NCBI GenBank assembly: GCA_963818475.1
Contig: CAWFSF010000006.1
Coordinates: 64,001-128,000 of the forward strand
DNA length: 64,000 bases
DNA from: Nitrospirota bacterium
GTDB taxonomy: Bacteria > Nitrospirota > UBA9217
Direction: 5' to 3'
Shown: positions 29,527 through 40,669 of the stretch, one piece after another
Position numbering within the stretch: position 1 is the first letter of the stretch
How the letters are laid out: each line of letters starts with the position of its first letter
Program-made: the position numbers and the translations under genes
Notes under the pieces: generated by a model
Database searches by the model: none
What the model saw: the letters and a program-made list of their open reading frames with translations, nothing else
What the model was told of the DNA's origin: nothing

Positions 29527-31357
29527 TTACTCGACCGTCACGCTTTTTGCCAGGTTCCTCGGCTGGTCCACATCGCACCCCCGGAGCACCCCGATATGGT
29601 ATGCCAGGAGCTGAAGCGGGACGGCATAGATGAAGGGTGAAAGCAGGGGGTGTGTCAACGGCACCTCGATGATGTCGTCGGCCTTGCCCCGGAGCAATGC
29701 GGGTGCGTCCGTCAGGGCGATGATCCTCCCGCCCCGCGCTTTGACCTCTTCGATATTCGACATCATCTTCTCAAAGAAGTCGTTCGACGGGGCCACCACC
29801 ACCACCGGCAGGCCCTTTTCGATCAGCGCGATCGGTCCGTGTTTCATTTCTCCGGCCGGATATCCTTCCGCGTGCAGATACGATATTTCCTTCAGCTTTA
29901 ACGCCCCTTCGAGAGCGATGGGATAGTTGATGCCCCGCGCCAGGTAGAGCATGCTCTGTGCGTGCACCATGGTTGCGGCAAGCGCCTTGATCTCCTCGTC
30001 TTTCCGCAGCGTTTCCTCAATGAGCGAGGGGATACGGGCGAGCTGCGACCTCAGGGCGTTCATATCGACCCCGTCCACTCCCTGCCGTTCCTGCTCAAGA
30101 CCGATGGCAAGCAGGCACAGGGCGGCAAGCTGTGTGGTAAAGGTTTTCGTCGATGCCACGCCGATCTCCGGTCCGCCCCTGGTATAGAGGACCGCGTCCG
30201 CTTCGCGGGTCGATGTGCTTCCCACAACATTGCAGATCGAGAGGGTCCGCGCGCCCCGGCGCTTTGCTTCACGTTGGGCAGCAAGGGTATCGGCGGTTTC
30301 ACCTGACTGAGTGACCGCAATGAACCGCGTGTCCTGTCCGATGACCGGGAACCGGTAGCGGTACTCTGAAGCGATCTCGACGTCCACGGGTATGCGTGCC
30401 AGCCGTTCGATCAGGTATTTTCCGATCAGGCCCGCATGGTACGAGGAACCGCAGGAAACAATGTGCAGTTTGCCGATCTCCTCTGTTCGCTGCAGCCAGC
30501 GGTCTATATCGGCAACAACGCCCAGGGGATCGCCCAGTCGTTCACCCAGCGTATGGGTGATGGCCTGGGGCTGCTCGCAGATCTCTTTGTGCATGAAGTG
30601 GGCGTGCCCGGCCTTTTCGGCCATTGCAGAGCGACCAGTCGATCTCGACCACGCGGTCCTGGTAAGAGACGACGGCATCCGAGGCAAGATCAGCCAGGTC
30701 CATGGTCGTTCCGCTCAAGGTGCAGATCTGGCCGTCTTCCATAAAAACGATCCTGCGCGTATAGGGGAGTATGGCCGGGATATCCGACGCAAAATACCGG
30801 GTATCATCGCCGATCCCGATCACCAGGGGGCTGCCCTTCCTGACCGCAAAGAGCTTGTTTGGACTGCACTCGCTCATGATGCCGAGAGCGTAGGCGCCCC
30901 GCAACTGCGCAACGGCAGCCTGTATGGCCTCTCTGATCGAATATCCCTGCTGTAAATACCCTGCGATAAGCTGGGGAACGACCTCTGTGTCGGTCTCAGA
31001 GAGGAACTGATGGCCTTTCGCTTCCAGGTCCGACCTCAGTTCCCGGTAGTTCTCGATGATGCCGTTGTGAACGACGGCCACACCACCGGCGCAGTGCGGG
31101 TGCGCGTTCGCCGTGGAAGGTGCGCCATGCGTGGCCCACCGCGTATGGCCGAGGCCGATCGTGATCTGCGGGGACGGCTTCGGAAGCATTTTTTGCAGGT
31201 CCTTGATCTTGCCCCTGGTCTTATATACTTCCAAACCGCGTCCGTTCTGGAAGGCTATTCCTGCGGAGTCGTAGCCCCGGTATTCGAGACTCTTCAGGCT
31301 GTCCACCAGCACCTGGAGAGAACCGGCTGTTCCTATAAAGCCGACAATGCCGCACAT
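29527..31357 (-). CDS. glmS: Glutamine-fructose-6-phosphate transaminase (isomerizing); frameshift near 30625
   Basis: MCGIVG, LEYRGYDSAG, GHTRWATHG, HNGIIEN, QSGETADT, PRNLAKSVTVE. Confidence 0.95.
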
Positions 31358-31874
31358 AGTTTCTGTCTCCTCGTGGTCTTATCACGCTTTATTGTTCATA
31401 GTTGTTGAACGATTCCGGCGCATGGCTGAAATTTCTACGACCAAGGGGTCGGATAAATAAGGATGCACATAAATCGTACCGGGATAATAGCAATAACCGT
31501 ACCTGCCCATTTTCATGCTGTTTCACCGGGGAAGAAAAATCCGATCCGCAGAGATCCGGATGCAAACCGGAGCCGCAAGTACCTGAATATTCAAGGTTGC
31601 GGAACATTCTGTGACTACTTGATACGCTTGAATGGGATCATCATGTTCTCTGGTTAATTGCCATGCAGCCGTACCAGTGATCGAGGGGAGTGTGTTCCCG
31701 TGGGATACAGTGCTCATGATACAAATGGTGAATTTCAAAGGGATGCCGTTTCTGTAACCGCTGTATACAAAATAGTATCCAGAAATCCGGCACGATCTGT
31801 TCCCTGGAGGAACACAGATGTTATTCAGAATCGCGACACAGCTAAAATATCATGAAAAACAACGTGCTTTACTG

Positions 31875-31890
31875 CGGCACCAAACTTGCT
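31875..31890 (+). promoter_or_regulatory. Sigma54 (-24/-12) promoter at the head of the polysaccharide cluster
   Basis: CGGCACCAAACTTGCT = GG-N10-GC. Confidence 0.7.
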
Positions 31891-31916
31891 AATCAATCGT
31901 GATTAGGGAAGGTGAT

Positions 31917-32306
31917 ATGGAAACGATGAAAAAAAAGATACTCATTGTCGATGAAACGCGTTTTTCGCGCATCTGTTCGGCCATCCTTGAAAAAGAAGGG
32001 TATGAAACGAGCTCGGTAACCGACGTTCGTCAGGTTGATTCAAAATTTAACTACCATGAGTACGAGCTGCTGGTCACGAGCTATCCCTTCTGCACGGTCA
32101 TTCTTGAGGACCTGGCGCATGTCGGTATTCCGACCATTATTCTGTCGGACCATATGAACAGGGACCTTATGACAACCCTTGGCCATCTTGACAAGACGCT
32201 CTCACACTGCATGATAAAGCCGATCGATTACAACAAGTTCAGAACCATCGTAAAACAGGTCCTGAGCAGTGATCGATCCGCCAGTGCGGGGTGCCGCACT
32301 CCCTAG
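31917..32306 (+). CDS. Stand-alone receiver-like domain protein (phospho-acceptor Asp apparently absent)
   Basis: KILIVDE, PTIILS and IKP receiver motifs; LLVTSY where D is expected. Confidence 0.7.
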   Translation: METMKKKILIVDETRFSRICSAILEKEGYETSSVTDVRQVDSKFNYHEYELLVTSYPFCTVILEDLAHVGIPTIILSDHMNRDLMTTLGHLDKTLSHCMIKPIDYNKFRTIVKQVLSSDRSASAGCRTP

Positions 32307-32425
32307 GCAGTGCGGCCGTCTTGCCATGGAAACGCGGAGCCCGATATTCAATGCATTCGAGTGACGATCGCGGTCGTGCTCGTTGGCAGGGGTGGGTGGT
32401 GAAGAAAACAACGGTGAGGTCGATC

Positions 32426-33231
32426 ATGAAAACAAAAATTATCATACTCCTCTTCCTTGTGCTCGTGCCGCTGGCCGCCCGGGGAGGCGACTATATCATC
32501 AGTGAAGGCGACATGCTGAACATCTCCGTCTGGGGCAATAAGGAGCTCAGCGCCATTGTGAAGGTCCGGCCTGATGGAAAGATCAGCCTGCCCGCGTTGG
32601 GCGAGGTGCATGCCGCCGACCTGACGCCGCTGAAATTGCAGAACCTGCTCACGGAAAGAATGAAGAGTCTGGTGAAAAACCCGCTCATTACCGTGACCAT
32701 CGATCAGGTCAGCAATAATAAGGTCTATATCTTCGGCGGGGGCGTGAAGGCGACGGTTTTCGACCTGACACGACGAACGACCCTTCTGCAGCTGCTGTGC
32801 GTATTGGGAGACCTTAGCAACTGCCGACCTGCATGAGGCCTATGTCCTCAGGAACGACGACGAAGATAAAAAAAGATTTTTACCGGCTTTTCGTCAAAGG
32901 ACGCGCTGAAGAGGACATCGTCATGAATCCCGATGACGTTGTTTTCATTCCGGCAGTGACCGACAACAATATCTATGTCATCGGCGCGGTCAATACCCCC
33001 AAGCCGATAACGTACCGCGAAGGCATGACGGTGATGGAGGCGATACTGCAGGCCGGGGGGTTTACGAAGTATGCACGGGAGAACGCCACTGAAGTTCGGA
33101 GAAAAGACGGCAGCGGGAAGCAGGTCACGATTCCCGTAAAATTGAAGCGTCTCATTGCCGACGGCGATCTGAACCAGAATCTGGCCTTGAAACCCGGCGA
33201 CTATATCGTCGTTTCGGAAGGATTGTTTTAG
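32426..33231 (+). CDS. Polysaccharide biosynthesis/export protein (Wza-like, SLBB domains); frameshifted
   Basis: YIISEGD.LNISVW..VRPDGKISLP; IYVIGAV..AGGFT..LKPGD. Confidence 0.85.
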
Positions 33232-33240
33232 GAGCTCGCG

Positions 33241-34589
33241 ATGGAATCACCTGAACAGGATATAAAGAAGTACGCACGGCTCATTCTGAGAAAAAAAGGC
33301 CTGTTCTTTGCGGTCGCCGCATCGATCATGGCGGTCTTCGTCATGGCCGGCTATCTCTTGCCCAAAACCTATGAAGCGACAGTGTACGGTGCTTATTGTA
33401 GAAAAGTGTTTACGACGAATATGTCAAAGGCATTGCCATCACGCCATCCGGCGAGCAAAGCCTCGGCAGTCTTTCCTTTGCCCTTAAAAGCAAAAGCCTG
33501 ATCCTCAAGGTCATCAGGGACCTCGGGCTTGTTACGGACACATATGAGCCCGGAGGAGCAGGAAGGCGTGGTCGCGAGCTTCCAGGACAGGACCATGATT
33601 ACGATCCCGAAACGAACAAGGCGAATCCAAAAATGACGGACCTGTTCGTGGTGTCCTACCGCGATACGAATCCCGAGCTTGCGAGGGACTATGTGAACGC
33701 GCTTGTCCGGCGATATATAGAAGAGGACCTCTCGGGGAAAAAGGAGGATACCTCCGAGGCCAGGCAGCTCCTTTCGGGACAGGTGGAATTGTTCAAAAAT
33801 AAGATAGATGCGATCGAGGCGGAGATCGCCGGCTTCAACACCGGGAATAATGTCTATGTGGTCGCCGATGAAGCTAAAATAAATGAAAAATTAATACCGC
33901 TCCAGAACCGGCTGGGTGAGCTGTCCGTTAAGTACACGGATGATTACCCCGAGGTGATCGCGGTAAAGACGGAGATCAGACACCTGCAGAATCAATTGAA
34001 CTATTTGCGGACCAGAGTCGTGCATAAGAACCGGTCAACAGCACAGAAAGGGTCCGGGAAAACAGTTGGAGATGCGAGTAAAAAACTGGATGGATCTGGA
34101 GCGGGAGCGCGATACCTATAAAAAGATCTATGAGGAGCTTGTTCGTGCGGTTAAGCAAATCCGAGGTCTCTCAGCAAATGGGACCTCTGGACAGGTCCGA
34201 GATGTTCAATATCTCGGAGCCGGCTGTTTTGCCCACAAAGCCGGTAAGCCCCGACAGGGTAAAAGTGATCCTTCATGGGGATCATGGCGGGATTGGCGGG
34301 AGGCATCGGCATCGTTGTGGTGCTTGATGCGATGGACCATTCAGTGAAATCATCCAAAGCGATCAGAGGCCTGGGCCTGCCCGTTCTTGCCATCATTCCG
34401 AAGATCCAGAGCGACCAGCAGGTGCAGCGGGAGAAGATGCAGGACAGCATTCTCTATGGCATTGCTGTTCTGTATATGCTGTGTATTCTGGCGATCGTTG
34501 CCGTTGAGGCAATGGGCCTGACTCATTGCGGATACCGTTGCGCATCAGTCGGCCGGGGCTGCAAGGCAGCGGTAAAGGGCATTTTCTGA
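33241..34589 (+). CDS. Polysaccharide chain-length determinant (Wzz/Wzc N-terminal, XrtA-system type); frameshifted
   Basis: N-terminal TM..PKTYEA, VSY.D.NPELA, YTDDYPEV, EPAVLP.KP.SP and C-terminal TM segments across several frames. Confidence 0.8.
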
Positions 34590-34612
34590 CCGCGATTATG
34601 GAGATATCGAGC

Positions 34613-35430
34613 ATGAACAGATTCGAACATGACCGCACCAAAGGGCCCAGTGTCACGAGACAGCACCGGCAGTCCGGGCAGCATCAGCCGGACCGCGACC
34701 GGCAGAACAGGACGGGAGGATATGAATATCGACCATCCGACCATCGTGACTGCCCGCAAGGCTGACGTCACCCGTGTCTGAAGAATATAAAAAACTGAAA
34801 TCCAGGATCGTTGACCTGACCACAAAGAACGGATTTCAGAATACGCTGGCGGTGACCAGTTCGGTAAGCGACGAAGGAAAGAGCATTACGGCGGTGAATC
34901 TGGCGGTCTCTCTTTCTCAGGATTACGATCATGCGGTGATCCTTATCGATGCCGACCTGAGAAGGCCGACGCTCCATACCTATCTCAACAGAAAGCCCGG
35001 CAAAGGATTGTCGGATTGCCTGGCCGGGGGCATTGATCCGGATTCGGCACTTATGCCCATAGGATCAAAAAAACTGTCGTTTTTGCCGGCAGGAAAGAAG
35101 ATAGACGACCCGGTCGAATTCTTTGCTTCCCGCAAGATGCAGGCCTTTATGCAGGACCTGAAAGCACGATATGCCGATCGATACATCATTATCGATACGC
35201 CGCCGGTCCTTCTTTTTGCGGAGACAAAAAAGATAAGCGCTTTCGCCGACGGCACCATCCTGGTGGTCAAGGAAGGGCAGGCGACGCTCGAAAACATCTC
35301 TGAAGCCATCGATATCCTGAAAGGGTCCAATGTCATGGGGATCGTCTACAACAATGCCAGTCTGCAAAACCTGAATGGACGCTCGTATTATCACTATTAC
35401 AGCCACTACTATGGAAAGCGCAAGAAATAA
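34613..35430 (+). CDS. Protein-tyrosine autokinase (CpsD/CapB family); frameshifted at 5' end
   Basis: EEYKKL, VTSSVSDEGKS, LIDADLRRP, IIDTPP and a C-terminal Tyr cluster. Confidence 0.88.
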
Positions 35431-35567
35431 ACGCCCGCCGCAGGAGGCAGGCCAAAGAAGGTATGGTCGTTGAGCAGCAGTGACCGCAGGAAGCACGCGC
35501 AGGTTGCTGTGAACCACCGCTGACGGATCGCGGCGCGGAAGATATTACTTCTTCGGGAGGAACGCCT

Positions 35568-36078
35568 ATGGGAACGGAAGAACAGAACTGGTTCGCTCTC
35601 TCCGTGCGGTCACGGCATGAATTTGTCGTCTATGATGCCCTGCGCCAAAAGGGGATCGAGACGTTCCTGCCGTTCGTAAAAAGGGTGAGGCAATGGAAGG
35701 ACAGGAAAACGTCCGTGGCGTTCCCTCTCTTCCCGGGGTATCTCTTCGTATCTATCTTCCCCCAGTGCGGAGGAATTTATGAAAGTCATCAAGGTCCGGG
35801 GTTCGGTGACCTTTGTCTCTCTGCGGCCCGGGTATCCAACGCCTGTTCCCGCCGAGGAGATCGATTCCCTGAAGATCGTTCTCGATAGCGGTTCTGCCTT
35901 TGATGTTTACCCTCAGTTCAAGGAGGGAGTACGGGTGAGGATTAAAAAGGGCCCCCTTTCCGGCGCTGAGGGTATTCTTGCGAACAAAGAAGATCAGCAG
36001 GTATTTATGGTGAACGTGGAGTTGCTGGGAAGAAGCGTCGGCGTCAAGATACAGGCAGTGGATATCGAGACGGCATAG
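35568..36078 (+). CDS. UpxY/RfaH-like NusG-family transcription antiterminator; frameshift near 35765
   Basis: WFAL.VRSRHE..PLFPGYLFV NGN domain and G.RVRIKKGPLSG KOW motif. Confidence 0.88.
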
Positions 36079-36310
36079 GCAGTGCTCAAAGCTGTACAAT
36101 GGCTGCATTCCCAACCCATTGAAATATGAACGTAAATACGCTTCTCGGTCGATGGTCTGTAACTGAGAAGGCGGAGCATTGCGCTTGATAAAATGCAAAC
36201 GGGTCCTCACGGGACCCTCTGCTTAAAACCGTGAAGGCTGGTCGTCCATCCGATCATAGCCATTGAACCTATAAACGGCAGTTAACCACAAAAAGCACAT
36301 AAGGCTCATA

Positions 36311-36477
36311 AACCTTAAAAAAACATTTGGACACGGATAAACACGGATAAGAGCCGGATAACGGCGGATTATTTCTTTTATAAGAGGTTCACCCAAAAGG
36401 TGAATGCTTTGCTTTGAATTTATCCGAATTTATCAGATGTTTCCGATTCTTCCGTGTCCAAATGCCGCTTTTTGGTT
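36311..36477. mobile_element. ~167-bp MITE-like palindromic element (copy 1)
   Basis: AACCTTAAAA..TTGGACACGGATAAACACGGAT..TCCGTGTCCAAATG..TTTTTGGTT; near-identical copy at 49064. Confidence 0.75.
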
Positions 36478-36526
36478 GAAGACTGCCCGTATCGTTGCTG
36501 CCGGACACATTCTCTCTCTCCTACTC

Positions 36527-37770
36527 GTGAGCGTTCAAACCATACTCCTGGCGTTGGCAAGCATTGCGGTCGTCTCGACGTGTTATTCCGCGAGCGCTCA
36601 TGGTGCTGAATTCAGTCTTCAACCCGCCATAACCGTCAGTGAAGAATATACCGACAATCTGTTCCTGACGACAACGAACAGATCGGAAGACTATATCACG
36701 AGGATCGTTCCGAGCATCCGGTGGACATACAAAGCGCCGCTCTGGGACTGGGATGTCGCGTATGCCTATGACCATCGGTACTATGCCAAATTTCGCGATG
36801 ATCAGGACCTCTATACGCTCGACCTGAAGAACCATACCAGGATACTCGGTGATTTTCTACAGCTTGATGTAGAGGATGTTCATGCCCGGAAGCCGCTCTC
36901 CGTTGTCCGGGACTGGACGCAGGAAAGTCTTTTCCTGAATCAAACAGATATCAATACCTTCATCGTGACCCCCTATATCAGGATGCGACCGTCCCCCGAA
37001 CTCAACCGTAACAGCCGGATATTGGTACCGGAACATCTGGTACCAGGACCCCACCGCGATCGATACGAGCGATCACCGTGTGTATGCAGCCGCAAACTAT
37101 GATCTGTCATCCGACTCTCACCACGAACATGGATGTCAGGTATACCAGCACGGAGGCAGAGAACGATTACCTGCGCAAGATGGAACTCTTTGCAGGTTTT
37201 GACGTATGCCTACGCGATGGATTCCAAAGTCCTGGTTCACGATCGGCAACAGCTGGTTCGCTTTCGGAACAACGGATGACAACGAGCCAGGTGACCTGGG
37301 ATGCCGGCATTGCTCAAAAGTCCGGAAAATATACTTACTCGTTCACCGCGAAATTGACCTATGTAGAGGACCCGTTCGTCATCGTGCGGAGAGAGGACCG
37401 GTATGTGGCAACCATCAATCGGGACACCGAACGGACCTCCCTGGGCATTTCCGCAGGCCGGTATGAGTATCGGAACGTTGCTACGCAACACCTTGAGCAC
37501 ACCCGTTATGCGCTGACCGGAACGATCAGCCATGAATCGTCGCCGACATCAAAGATCATCTACGATCTGAGCATCGGCCGCTATGAGGACAATGTGCTGG
37601 ACCAGTATACGGCACTCTATACGCGGGGGGCTCCGGTTTGAATATATGCCCTCTGAAACCCTCACGCTCGCGCTGCAATACCGGTACGCAAATGCCTATT
37701 CGCCCGATGTGTATGCGGAAAACCACGATAGCAACAGGGTTCATGGTGGAGATCAAAAAAGACATTTTGA
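36527..37770 (+). CDS. Outer-membrane beta-barrel protein, PEP-CTERM/EPS-system associated; several frameshifts
   Basis: Signal peptide, P.ITVSEEYTDN.FL motif, alternating beta-strand pattern, ends ..KTF*. Confidence 0.75.
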
Positions 37771-37860
37771 GTGCCAACGGAGCCTCTGCTGCCGGCTTGA
37801 TGCCTGTTCAGACGGGCATTTCAGGGGCAGATATCACCGGTGTGCACTCGGAGACAGACC

Positions 37861-40458
37861 ATGAAACGATCATACTCAGTTCTGACATTCATGCTTGCAA
37901 CGACGCTGGCGCTCTTCGCATGCGGCTCCAAGGGACCGTTGCCGCCTCCCGACACGATCCCGCCGACGGTCAGCTTTACCATCCCCGCCAACGGGTCGGT
38001 GAATATCCCCGTCAACCTGTCTGGAATAACGATCACCTTCAGCGAGGCAATGGACCGGTCAACGATCAATGACCAAACGATCACCCTGGTAGATCCCAGC
38101 GTTTCCGGCACGGTTCCGTGCTCGGTTACGATCACGGACCTGGCGGGGACAACGGTTGATCTCCTTCCCTCCGTCGGCCTGAACCCAACCACGCTTTACA
38201 GCATCGTGGTCGGCGCCGGCGTAAAGGACAGCTACGGCAATGCCATGAGCGCTCCCTTCACCGCTTCCTTCTACACGAGCACCGTAGCGGACACAATACC
38301 GCCGGTCATAGCGGTCAATTACCCTGAAACGGGGGCAACAGGCGTTCCGGAAAACAGTTCGCCCAGCGTTACGTTCAGTGAGCCGGTGATCCCGCAGACC
38401 ATATCCTTTGTGCTGACCCTGGGAACAACGACCATTCCGGGCACGGTATCGTACAGTGGTACGACCGCTGTTTTTACGCCGACGAATATTCTCGTTGCCC
38501 ACGCGTTGTATACGGCAAGGATCGCAGGCGGACCGAATGGGGTACGAGATCTGGCAGGTAATACGATGTCGGCCGATCATACGTGGACGTTCACAACGGC
38601 GCAAGATGCAGCGCCGCCGAGCGTGACAGCCACGAACCCTGCCGCAGGAGGGAGCAATGTCGGCGTCAATGCCGCCATCAGCACTACGTTCAGTGAACCG
38701 GTCGACCAGGCATCCATTGCCTTTAGTCTCAGTGCAGGGGGCATTCCGGTTTCCTGCAACCAGAGCTACAGCGGCACGACCGCCATCTTCTCGCCGCAGA
38801 ATATGCTGGCATACAGCACCCAGTATACGGCGACGGTGAGCGCGGGGCTTCGGGACCTGGCGGGCAATGCGATGACCGCCGATTATTCATGGAAATTCAC
38901 GACCGGTACGGCTTCGACCTACACCATCACAGCTACCGCGGGCATGAACGGCAGCATCAGCCCCTCCGGACCGGTAACGGTAAATTACGGCGCAGCTCAA
39001 TCGTTCACGATAAGCCCCGCTGCCGGATACCATGTTGCAGACGTGTTGGCGGATGGGGTTTCTATCGGCGCCGTGACTTCGTACACGTTCACCAATGTCA
39101 ACGCCAATCATACGCTCAGTGCGAGCTTTGCGATCAATACCTATACGGTGACGCCGTCAGCCGGCACCCACGGAACCATCAGTCCCAATGCTCCCCAGAC
39201 GGTGAATTTCAACGATACGACATCCTTTACCGTGACGCCGAGCGCCGGATACTACGCGGTCATGGGCGGAACATGCGGCGGTACGCTCAACGGGAACACG
39301 TACACGACGAACGCGGTCACCGGTAATTGCACGGTCACGGCAACCTTTGCAATCGCCAGCTTTACCGTAACGCTGTCGGCCGGACCGAACGGCGGCATCA
39401 GCCCGGATACTCCGCAGCAAGTCAGTTATAACGACACAAAAAAGTTCACGATTACGCCGAATACGGGATACAGTATTGCGGCGGTAACGGGCTGCGGCGG
39501 GACGCTCACGGGGGACAGCTACACAACCGGCCCGATCACGGCAGACTGCATGGTAACGGCGACCTTCGCAAGCACCAGTTTTACCGTGACCCCGTCGGCT
39601 GGGCCGAACGGCGGCATCATTCCGAATACTCCGCAGCCGGTCAGTTACAACGGCACGACCTCATTTACGGTTACGCCGAACACGGGATACGGCATTGCGG
39701 AGGTAAAGGGCTGCGGCGGGACGCTCACGGGGGACAGCTACACAACCGGCCCGATCACGGCAAACTGCACGGTAACGGCGACGTTTGCAATCGCCAGCTT
39801 TACCGTAACGCCGTCGGCCGGACCGAACGGCGGCATCAGCCCGGATACTCCGCAGCAAGTCAGTTATAACGGCACAAAAAAGTTCACGATTACGCCGAAT
39901 ACGGGATACAGCATTGCGGAGGTAACGGGCTGCGGCGGGACGCTCACGGGGGACAACTACACAACCGGCCCGATCACGGCAAACTGCACGGTAACGGCGG
40001 CCTTCGCAACCGCCACTTTTACCGTGACCCCGTCGGCCGGACCGAACGGCGGCATCAGCCCGGATACTCCGCAGCCAGTGAGTTACAACGGCACGACCTC
40101 ATTTACGATTACGCCGAACACGGGATACGGCATTGCGGATGTAAAGGGCTGCGGCGGGACGCTCACGGGGGACAGCTACACAACCGGCCCGATCACGGCT
40201 GACTGCACGGTAACGGCGACCTTCGCAATCGCCACTTTTACCGTAACGCCGCTGGCTGGTCCGAACGGCGGCATCAGTCCGCATACTCCGCAGCCAGTCA
40301 GTTACAACGACACAAAAACATTCACGGTTACGCCGGACACGGGTTACCGCATTGAGACAGTAACGGGCTGCGGCGGGACGCTCACGGGGGACAGCTACAC
40401 AACCGGTTCGATTACGGCAGACTGCACGGTAACGGCGGCCTTTACAGCGATTCTCTAA
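37861..40458 (+). CDS. Large surface lipoprotein with three Big_5-like Ig domains and tandem ~73-aa repeats
   Basis: LFAC lipobox; TFSE..DLAGN.M..FTT Ig motifs; repeated FTVTP.AGPNGGISP..GCGGTL..C.VTATF. Confidence 0.85.
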   Translation: MKRSYSVLTFMLATTLALFACGSKGPLPPPDTIPPTVSFTIPANGSVNIPVNLSGITITFSEAMDRSTINDQTITLVDPSVSGTVPCSVTITDLAGTTVDLLPSVGLNPTTLYSIVVGAGVKDSYGNAMSAPFTASFYTSTVADTIPPVIAVNYPETGATGVPENSSPSVTFSEPVIPQTISFVLTLGTTTIPGTVSYSGTTAVFTPTNILVAHALYTARIAGGPNGVRDLAGNTMSADHTWTFTTAQDAAPPSVTATNPAAGGSNVGVNAAISTTFSEPVDQASIAFSLSAGGIPVSCNQSYSGTTAIFSPQNMLAYSTQYTATVSAGLRDLAGNAMTADYSWKFTTGTASTYTITATAGMNGSISPSGPVTVNYGAAQSFTISPAAGYHVADVLADGVSIGAVTSYTFTNVNANHTLSASFAINTYTVTPSAGTHGTISPNAPQTVNFNDTTSFTVTPSAGYYAVMGGTCGGTLNGNTYTTNAVTGNCTVTATFAIASFTVTLSAGPNGGISPDTPQQVSYNDTKKFTITPNTGYSIAAVTGCGGTLTGDSYTTGPITADCMVTATFASTSFTVTPSAGPNGGIIPNTPQPVSYNGTTSFTVTPNTGYGIAEVKGCGGTLTGDSYTTGPITANCTVTATFAIASFTVTPSAGPNGGISPDTPQQVSYNGTKKFTITPNTGYSIAEVTGCGGTLTGDNYTTGPITANCTVTAAFATATFTVTPSAGPNGGISPDTPQPVSYNGTTSFTITPNTGYGIADVKGCGGTLTGDSYTTGPITADCTVTATFAIATFTVTPLAGPNGGISPHTPQPVSYNDTKTFTVTPDTGYRIETVTGCGGTLTGDSYTTGSITADCTVTAAFTAIL
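39361..40447 (+). repeat. Five tandem 219-bp coding repeats
   Basis: Units start at 39361, 39580, 39799, 40018 and 40237. Confidence 0.9.
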
Positions 40459-40669
40459 GGAAGATATCATTTTTAAAAGTTCCATCCCTGGAACGGTAAT
40501 CGCAAAATTTGCGGGTAACTGACAACGGTGTTTGTGATTCTTCGCTCAGAACGACAAAGTTGTCAGTTTCCGACTCTAGGCCATCAAGTAATAAGCATGT
40601 TTTCTCGCTGTTGTCATCGCGACAGAACCGCAGCCGAGTTCGCAGTCAGTTCAATCGAAGGGGGGAGCC

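Noticed and set aside
31358-31460. glmS ribozyme upstream of glmS
   Set aside because: GCGCC and ACGAGG fragments are present on the minus strand, but the ACGAGG doubles as the RBS and there is no room for the downstream core before the ATG.
36190-36290. c-di-GMP-I riboswitch (GCAAAC followed by a hairpin)
   Set aside because: It lacks the GNRA-capped P2, the GCAAAG junction and the P3 receptor pattern; only a simple GGGTCC/GGACCC hairpin is supported.
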